DNA from: an uncultured bacterium
GTDB taxonomy: Bacteria; Gemmatimonadota; Gemmatimonadetes; Gemmatimonadales; Gemmatimonadaceae
Length of the DNA: 64,000 nt
Direction of reading: 5' to 3'
Assembly: GCA_963978095.1 (NCBI GenBank)
Contig: CAXBQP010000003.1
Span: 1-64,000, forward strand
Shown: positions 58,226-64,000 of the stretch, in pieces
Layout of the letters: each line of letters opens with the position of its first letter
Position numbering within the stretch: position 1 is the first letter of the stretch
Position numbers and translations under genes: made by a program
The notes under the pieces: generated by a model
Told to the model about the DNA's origin: nothing
What the model saw: the letters and a program-made list of their open reading frames with translations, nothing else
Databases searched by the model: none

Positions 58226-58389
58226 GGGGAGTAGGACACTGCCGGGGTTGGGGGACTGCTGGCAGTACGGATGGGAAACCGCGTGACGCGCGGTCGGCAT
58301 GAAGAGTGGGGGCCATCTGGCAGGGGGGTCGTGGGGGGCGGGAACCTGAATGCAGCACTTGGGGTACCGTAGCGACCAACCCCTGCCAG

Positions 58390-58791
58390 ATGGACTGCCG
58401 AACGTTTCGCGAGCAGCACCGCGCATATATGGATCATGAGCTGACGGCGCCTGACTTGGCGGCCGTCATGTCGCACATCAGGAGCTGTGGGACCTGCGCC
58501 GCCCGAGACGGAGCCTTGCGTCGCGGGCTTTTGCTCGCGCGGAATCTTCCGCGGATCCACCCCTCGACGGCCTTCCGAGCACGTCTCCAGGCGCGGCTCG
58601 CTGCGGAGCGGCGGATGGTATATTCCGAGCATGGCTCCTTCCCCTCTGAGTGCCCTCAAATCAGCCCTGAAAAGCGGGGCGTTCGAGCCGGCGTATCATT
58701 TCCATGGGGACGAGGATTTCCTGAAGGACAGCTGGATCCGCGACGTGATCGCCCGCGCCACGGACGCAGCCACCCGCGACTTCAATCTTGA
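58390..58791 (+). CDS. zf-HC2 (ZAS) anti-sigma-like protein, possibly truncated
   Basis: MDCRTFREQH..YMDHEL.......HIRSCGTC HxxxCxxC motif; last ~160 nt overlap holA out of frame; no TM helix. Confidence 0.7.
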   Translation: MDCRTFREQHRAYMDHELTAPDLAAVMSHIRSCGTCAARDGALRRGLLLARNLPRIHPSTAFRARLQARLAAERRMVYSEHGSFPSECPQISPEKRGVRAGVSFPWGRGFPEGQLDPRRDRPRHGRSHPRLQS

Positions 58792-59686
58792 AACGCGCCG
58801 CGGCGGCGAGGTAGACGCACGAACGCTGGCCACGGCACTCGACGCGATGCCGATGATGGCCGAACGGCGCGTTCTGGTGGTGCGTGACGTGCCGTCGCTC
58901 AAGAAAGAGGCACGGGGCGTCCTGCTGAAGTACCTCGAGCGACCGTCGCCTGATACCCTGCTGTTGCTGGTGTCACCAGCGGGTGCCAAGGCGGACGCCG
59001 AGCTCAATGCCAAGCTGGTGTCGGTTCCGTTCGATTCCCTCACGGAAGACGCCCTCGTGAAATGGGTGGCGCATCGCGCCGCGCAGATCGATGTGACGAT
59101 CACGCCCTCGGCGGCAGAGTTGCTCTGCAGTGCGGCCGGCAACGATCTCGCCCTGATGGCGGGAGAGCTCGAAAAACTGCGCAACTTCACGAATGGCGCC
59201 GAGATCGACGATGCCGCCATCGCCGCCATCGTGGGCGTCACCGCGGGCGAGACGCTCGGTGATCTTCTGGATGCCGTCGCGCAGCGTGACGGCATGCGCG
59301 GCATCCGGCTCATTGAACCGATCCTGCTCCAACCGAAGACGACCGGCGTGTCGATCGTGATGGCGCTGACGACACAGATGCTGGCTATCGGCTGGGCATT
59401 GGCGGCAAAGGATCGCGGGGTGGCGCAGGGCCGGCTGGAGAGCGAACTGTTCGGGCTGTTGAAGGCGAATCCCTCCTCGATCACCGGTCGGCCGTGGGGG
59501 GAAGCGGTGAAAGTGTGGGTGCGCGCGATGCCCAAGTGGCATGCGGCCGACATCGACCATGCCCTGCATCTGTTGCTGGCGGCAGACCGGGCCCTGAAGG
59601 ATTCCAAGGTGTCGAGCGAGGAGCAGGTGTTGGTGTCGCTCGTTCTGGCACTCGCGGCGGGTGGAAAGCGCCGAGTGGCCGCATGA
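58631..59686 (+). CDS. holA: DNA polymerase III delta subunit
   Basis: PAYHFHGDEDFL, DFN, PMMAERRVLVV, ELEKL, ADRALK; ATG 58631 preceded by TATATT. Confidence 0.9.
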   Translation: MAPSPLSALKSALKSGAFEPAYHFHGDEDFLKDSWIRDVIARATDAATRDFNLETRRGGEVDARTLATALDAMPMMAERRVLVVRDVPSLKKEARGVLLKYLERPSPDTLLLLVSPAGAKADAELNAKLVSVPFDSLTEDALVKWVAHRAAQIDVTITPSAAELLCSAAGNDLALMAGELEKLRNFTNGAEIDDAAIAAIVGVTAGETLGDLLDAVAQRDGMRGIRLIEPILLQPKTTGVSIVMALTTQMLAIGWALAAKDRGVAQGRLESELFGLLKANPSSITGRPWGEAVKVWVRAMPKWHAADIDHALHLLLAADRALKDSKVSSEEQVLVSLVLALAAGGKRRVAA

Positions 59687-59711
59687 GCCCACGCGAACGG
59701 ACAGGACCATC

Positions 59712-60761
59712 ATGAGACTCTGGCAACGGCGACCGATGCGGCACTTGGGTGCCGTCGTGGCGATGACGTGTGTGACGTCGGTGCTGACGGCGCAGACGGG
59801 ATCGCGTCCGACCCCGAGCGATTCGGCGGTATTCCGTCGTGCGGCGCAGATGGTGAATGTGGGGCAGGCGCCGGCGGCCCGCGCGCTGATCGATTCGGTG
59901 ATCACGGCGGCGAAGGACGGTTCGCCGATGCTGGTGGATGGTCTCTACTGGCGTGCGGTGTACTCGGATGCGCCGGATCAGGCGCGACGGGACTACCTCC
60001 GCATCACGGTGGAGTTCGCGCAGTCGCCACGTGCGGAGTGGGCATTGCTGCGACTGGCGCAGCTGGAGTTCTCGCGGGGAGGACGGGCGGCAGCCAAGCG
60101 ACACGTCGATCGACTGCTGCTCGATCACCCGGATGGTGCCACACGGACGCAGGCACAGTACCTGCTCGGCCGTCTCCTGATTGAGGACGGGGCGATGGTG
60201 CGTGGCTGTGCGTCGCTCGCCGAGGCGAAGCAGCGCGCGGCTCCGGGCGAGATCGAGCTCCAGAACCAGATCGCGTACGCACAACGTGCGTGCGGAAGCG
60301 CTGCGATCGCCGCGGACTCCGTCCGGCTGGATTCGTTGCGTGCGGACTCGGTGCGAGCAGAGATGCAGCGTACCGCGGCCGCCGTCGCCACAGCGCCGAA
60401 GAAGGCGAAGGCGGCCGCGGCGCCTACGCCCAAGCCGGAACCGAAACCGGAACCCAAGCCAGAACCAAAACCAGAACCCAAACCGACCATACCACCGGGG
60501 CCACAACCGCCCGCTGTGTCACCGGCCGTATCGGCCAGTGGCAATTGGACGGTACAGCTTGCGGCGTATCAAGTGCTCGGCGACGCCGAGCGGTTGAGCA
60601 CCAAGATGAAGGCCCGCGGCTACGATGTGCGTGTCACGGCCGAGCGTCCGTACCGCGTCCGGATCGGGCGCTTCGAGACGCGCGCCGAGGCCGTCGCGTT
60701 GGTCGCCAAGTTGCAGGCGTTGCAGATCACGGCGATCGTGGCGGAGGCTGAAAAGCCGTGA
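59712..60761 (+). CDS. Exported TPR-like + SPOR domain protein
   Basis: Signal peptide; helical repeats (YLRITVEF..SPRA..ALLRLAQ); (PKPE)n linker; WTVQLAA...YRVRIGRF..RAEA SPOR motif. Confidence 0.85.
   Translation: MRLWQRRPMRHLGAVVAMTCVTSVLTAQTGSRPTPSDSAVFRRAAQMVNVGQAPAARALIDSVITAAKDGSPMLVDGLYWRAVYSDAPDQARRDYLRITVEFAQSPRAEWALLRLAQLEFSRGGRAAAKRHVDRLLLDHPDGATRTQAQYLLGRLLIEDGAMVRGCASLAEAKQRAAPGEIELQNQIAYAQRACGSAAIAADSVRLDSLRADSVRAEMQRTAAAVATAPKKAKAAAAPTPKPEPKPEPKPEPKPEPKPTIPPGPQPPAVSPAVSASGNWTVQLAAYQVLGDAERLSTKMKARGYDVRVTAERPYRVRIGRFETRAEAVALVAKLQALQITAIVAEAEKP
60428..60486 (+). repeat. 12-bp coding repeat encoding a (PKPE)n linker
   Basis: Degenerate CC.AA.CC.GAA units inside the SPOR gene. 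Confidence 0.75.
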
Positions 60762-63448
60762 GCAGGGAGGCCACGCCCTTGATGCAACAGTACCGTGAGA
60801 TCAAGGCGCGGCATCAGCACGCCATCCTGTTCTTCCGGATGGGTGATTTCTACGAGATGTTCTACGAGGACGCGGACGTCGCGTCGCGTGTGCTCGGGCT
60901 GACCCTGACCTCGCGCAACAACGGTGGTGCGACGTCGGTCCCGTTGGCCGGCGTGCCGGTGAAGGCCGCCACCGAGTATCTGCGCCGATTGGTGCAGCAG
61001 GGATTCCGCGTCGCGATCTGCGAACAGGTGGAGGATCCCAAGCTGGCGAAGGGCATCGTCCGGCGTGAGGTCGTCGAGACGATCACGCCTGGTGCTGCGT
61101 TCAGCGATGACCTGCTGGATGGTGCGCGCAACAATTTTCTCTGTGCCGTCCAGGTCGCGGGCGAGTTGACCGGTCTTGCGGCGGTCGATGTGTCGACCGG
61201 CGAATTCCGCCTGGTGACCGCGCGCTCCGGCGATGCGGCGGCGGCGTTGGCCCGGTTGTCGCCGCGTGAGGTGATCACGCCGGCAGGGAATGCGGATGCC
61301 GCGGTCTTGGCGCGCGGGCTGGATGTGTTGACGACCGAGCGCGACGGATGGGAGTTCGAGTCCGCGCTCGCCGAGCAGGCGATGGCCGAGCATTTCGCCG
61401 TGCGCTCACTCGAGGGATTCGGGATCGGTGCCGTGGACGCGGCGGCGGTCGGTGCCGCGGGGGCGTTGTTGCGCTATCTCCGCGAACTGCAGCCGTCGGG
61501 GATCCCGCATCTCGCGCGTCCCATCATCGAGCGGCCCGGCGGCGTCATGCCGCTGGACGACATGACGCGTCGCAACCTCGAGTTGGTGGAGTCCTTGCGT
61601 GGCGGAGACCAGTCCGGGACGCTCTTGGGTGTCCTGGATCGCACGCAGACACCCATGGGCGCCCGGTTGTTGCGACACTGGATCTTGGCGCCACTGACGG
61701 ATGTTGCCGCCATCACCGCACGTCTCGATGCGGTGGATGGGTTGGTGTCCGATGCCCTTGCCCGCGCGGCGTTGCGCAGCGCCCTCGATGGTGTTCGGGA
61801 TGTGGAGCGTCTGGCGGGGAAGGCGGCGGCGGGGCGTGCGAATCCGCGCGATCTGCGAGCGCTCGGCGACTCCCTGGCGCGGCTCCCGGAGGTGGAGCGC
61901 GCCTTGCGCCGTACGCCGCCAGCCGGCGCGCTGGCGGAGATCGTCACCGTGTGGGACTCATGCCCCGATCTCGCGACCGAGATTCAGCGGGTGCTGGTGG
62001 AGCGCCCCGGTACGAGTGTCGGGGAAGGTGAGACGATCGCCTCCGGCGTGGACGGCACGCTCGACGAGTTGCGGGCGATCGCCATCGGCGGCAAGGATGC
62101 GATTGCGGCGATGCAGACCGCCGAGCGTGAGCGCACCGGGATCGCCTCGCTGAAGGTCGGGTACAACCGCGTGTTCGGCTATTTCATCGAAGTCACGAAC
62201 ACGAACGCGCATCTGGTGCCTCCGGATTACCAGCGTCGTCAGACGTTGACCGGCGCGGAGCGGTACATCACGCCGGCGCTGAAGGAGTTCGAGGAGAAGG
62301 TGCTGCATGCGACGGAGCGGATCGAGACGCTCGAGCGGCAGTTGTTCGAGGCGCTGCGGGGTAGGGCCGGGGCACAGATCGGGCGATTGCAGGGGGTGGC
62401 GTCGACGCTCGCGCGTCTGGATGTACTCGGCACGCTCGCGGAAGTGGCGGCGCGTGAGGGGTATGTGCGTCCCGAGGTGCGCGATGGGATGTCGCTCGAG
62501 ATCACCGGTGGGCGCCACCCCGTGGTGGAGCGGATGATGCCGCGCGAGCAGTTCATCCCCAACGACGTGACGCTGACGCCGGATGCGCGGATGATCATCC
62601 TCACCGGTCCGAACATGGCCGGAAAAAGTACCATATTGCGACAAATCGGCCTGCTCGTGCTCATGGCACAGATGGGGAGTTTCGTGCCGGCCACCCGGGC
62701 GGTGGTGGGGATCGCCGATCGCGTCTTCACGCGGGTGGGGGCGAGTGACAATCTGGTGCGCGGGCAATCCACGTTCATGGTGGAGATGTCGGAGACGAGC
62801 GCGATCCTGCACACGGCGACCGCGCGGAGTCTGGTGCTGCTCGACGAGATCGGCCGCGGGACGAGCACATGGGACGGGGTGAGCATCGCGTGGGCGGTGA
62901 GCGAGCATCTGCACGAACAGGTCGGCTGCAAGACCGTGTTCGCGACGCACTATCACGAACTCACGCAGCTCGCCGACGAATTAGTAGCAGTACGAAACTA
63001 TAACGTGGACGTGAAGGAGGTCGGCGAGAAGATCCTCTTCCTCCATCGCTTGAAGCCCGGCGGGGCTGACCGATCGTACGGGATCGAGGTCGGACGGCTC
63101 GCGGGACTGCCGGCTCCGGTGATCGCTCGCGCCCGTTCCCTGCTCGCGTTGCTCGAGAGTGAACAGTTGGCGGAGGCGCTCTCCGGAGCGGGCGCTGCGT
63201 CCGCCCCGCGCGTGCCCCGCGCGGGCGGAAGTGCCGGACCAGGTGCCGTGCGCCACCCCCCGCTCCCGCGGGCCGACCAGCTCGGACTGTTCGCGCCCGC
63301 GGCCGCGCCACATCCCGTGCTCGCACGGCTCCGCGCGTTGCATCCGGACACCATGACGCCGCTCGACGCGCTGACCGTGTTGGCACAGCTCAGTCAAGAG
63401 GCCAAGCGGGACGCGTCCCCGGAAGCGCCCCGGGACGTGGCCGGGTAG
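60758..63448 (+). CDS. mutS: DNA mismatch repair protein MutS
   Basis: TPLMQQY, FFRMGDFYEMF, GRHPVVE, TGPNMAGKST, STFMVEM, DEIGRGTST, SYGIEV, QLGLF clamp-binding motif. Confidence 0.98.
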   Translation: MSREATPLMQQYREIKARHQHAILFFRMGDFYEMFYEDADVASRVLGLTLTSRNNGGATSVPLAGVPVKAATEYLRRLVQQGFRVAICEQVEDPKLAKGIVRREVVETITPGAAFSDDLLDGARNNFLCAVQVAGELTGLAAVDVSTGEFRLVTARSGDAAAALARLSPREVITPAGNADAAVLARGLDVLTTERDGWEFESALAEQAMAEHFAVRSLEGFGIGAVDAAAVGAAGALLRYLRELQPSGIPHLARPIIERPGGVMPLDDMTRRNLELVESLRGGDQSGTLLGVLDRTQTPMGARLLRHWILAPLTDVAAITARLDAVDGLVSDALARAALRSALDGVRDVERLAGKAAAGRANPRDLRALGDSLARLPEVERALRRTPPAGALAEIVTVWDSCPDLATEIQRVLVERPGTSVGEGETIASGVDGTLDELRAIAIGGKDAIAAMQTAERERTGIASLKVGYNRVFGYFIEVTNTNAHLVPPDYQRRQTLTGAERYITPALKEFEEKVLHATERIETLERQLFEALRGRAGAQIGRLQGVASTLARLDVLGTLAEVAAREGYVRPEVRDGMSLEITGGRHPVVERMMPREQFIPNDVTLTPDARMIILTGPNMAGKSTILRQIGLLVLMAQMGSFVPATRAVVGIADRVFTRVGASDNLVRGQSTFMVEMSETSAILHTATARSLVLLDEIGRGTSTWDGVSIAWAVSEHLHEQVGCKTVFATHYHELTQLADELVAVRNYNVDVKEVGEKILFLHRLKPGGADRSYGIEVGRLAGLPAPVIARARSLLALLESEQLAEALSGAGAASAPRVPRAGGSAGPGAVRHPPLPRADQLGLFAPAAAPHPVLARLRALHPDTMTPLDALTVLAQLSQEAKRDASPEAPRDVAG
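62625..62645 (+). promoter_or_regulatory. 21-bp AT-rich motif copy inside mutS (over the Walker A coding region)
   Basis: AAAGTACCATATTGCGACAAA; codons AAA AGT ACC ATA TTG CGA CAA. Confidence 0.6.
62981..63001 (+). promoter_or_regulatory. Second 21-bp motif copy inside mutS
   Basis: TTAGTAGCAGTACGAAACTAT; codons TTA GTA GCA GTA CGA AAC TAT. Confidence 0.6.
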
Positions 63449-63482
63449 ATTTCCGCATTCTCCTTCGACCGACCGGACACCG

Positions 63483-64000
63483 ATGCCAGCACCCGCCAAC
63501 GACCTCAAAGTCTACGACTCGATCCTCGATACGATCGGGTGGACGCCGCTGATTCGTCTGCATCAGGTCACCAAGGGGATCACGACCCCGGTGTGGGTGA
63601 AGGCCGAGTTGTTCAACCCCGGCGGTTCCGTGAAGGACCGGATCGGGATGGCGATCATCGAGGCCGCGGAGCGGTCTGGCACGCTCAAGCCCGGTGGGGT
63701 GATCGTCGAAGGCACGAGCGGCAACACCGGTGTCGCGCTGGCGTTGGCGGCCACCAAGAAGGGGTACCGGTGCATCTTCACGATGCCCGACAAGATGTCG
63801 CAGGAAAAAGTGCGACTGCTGAAGGCGTTCGGTGCCGATGTCATCATCACGCCGACCGCGGTGCCGCCGGACCATCCGGACAGCTATGTCATGACCGCCA
63901 AGCGGATCGCGAAGGAGACCCCGAACGCGGTGTTGGCGAATCAGTTCTACAACCAGGCCAATCCGGACGCGCATTTCGCGACGACGGGCCCGGAGATCTG
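63483..64000 (+). CDS. PLP-dependent cysteine synthase / cystathionine beta-synthase family (partial, runs off window)
   Basis: Translates ...TIGWTPLIRL...KAELFNPGGSVKDRIG...EGTSGNTG...MPDKMSQEK...NQFYN. Confidence 0.92.
   Translation, partial: MPAPANDLKVYDSILDTIGWTPLIRLHQVTKGITTPVWVKAELFNPGGSVKDRIGMAIIEAAERSGTLKPGGVIVEGTSGNTGVALALAATKKGYRCIFTMPDKMSQEKVRLLKAFGADVIITPTAVPPDHPDSYVMTAKRIAKETPNAVLANQFYNQANPDAHFATTGPEI

Noticed and set aside
60428..60486. 12-bp tandem repeat as a regulatory or mobile element
   Set aside because: Synonymously degenerate and encodes a PKPE linker.
1..64000. tRNA, rRNA, tmRNA, transposase, integrase or prophage genes
   Set aside because: No cloverleaf, rRNA signature or mobile-element protein motifs were recognised by eye.

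Overview
High-GC bacterial chromosomal segment containing the replication origin. Gene content and protein style suggest Gemmatimonadota; this is an inference. Core origin genes: dnaA, dnaN, rpmH-rnpA-yidD-yidC-mnmE, mnmG, parA-parB with a parS site, the RNase P RNA gene rnpB, polA, holA, mutS, pyrE and upp. The dnaA-dnaN spacer has a readable oriC: DnaA-trios, a GC motif, DnaA boxes and an 18-bp AT-rich palindrome. Accessory content includes a nuclease-helicase (DUF2075-like) next to a DUF433/PIN toxin-antitoxin pair, peptidases and hydrolases, a nucleoside-type ABC operon, signalling genes, and an ECF sigma factor behind a sigma54-type promoter. No CRISPR array, tRNA, rRNA or transposase was seen. 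The main unexplained signal is a 21-bp AT-rich pseudo-palindrome (WWAGTANCWNWWNGNNACNAW) found 7 times on both sides of oriC. Five copies lie inside housekeeping genes and coincide with runs of A/T-ending codons unusual for this window, which makes it a candidate binding site for an unknown origin-domain or nucleoid protein. Other leads: rnpA lacks a canonical start codon for its conserved N-terminus; a bactofilin partner looks like an M23 peptidase without its catalytic domain; a putative HTH is fused to a degenerate nucleotidyltransferase and has its own operator; and many genes appear leaderless. All calls are by eye and no searches were run.
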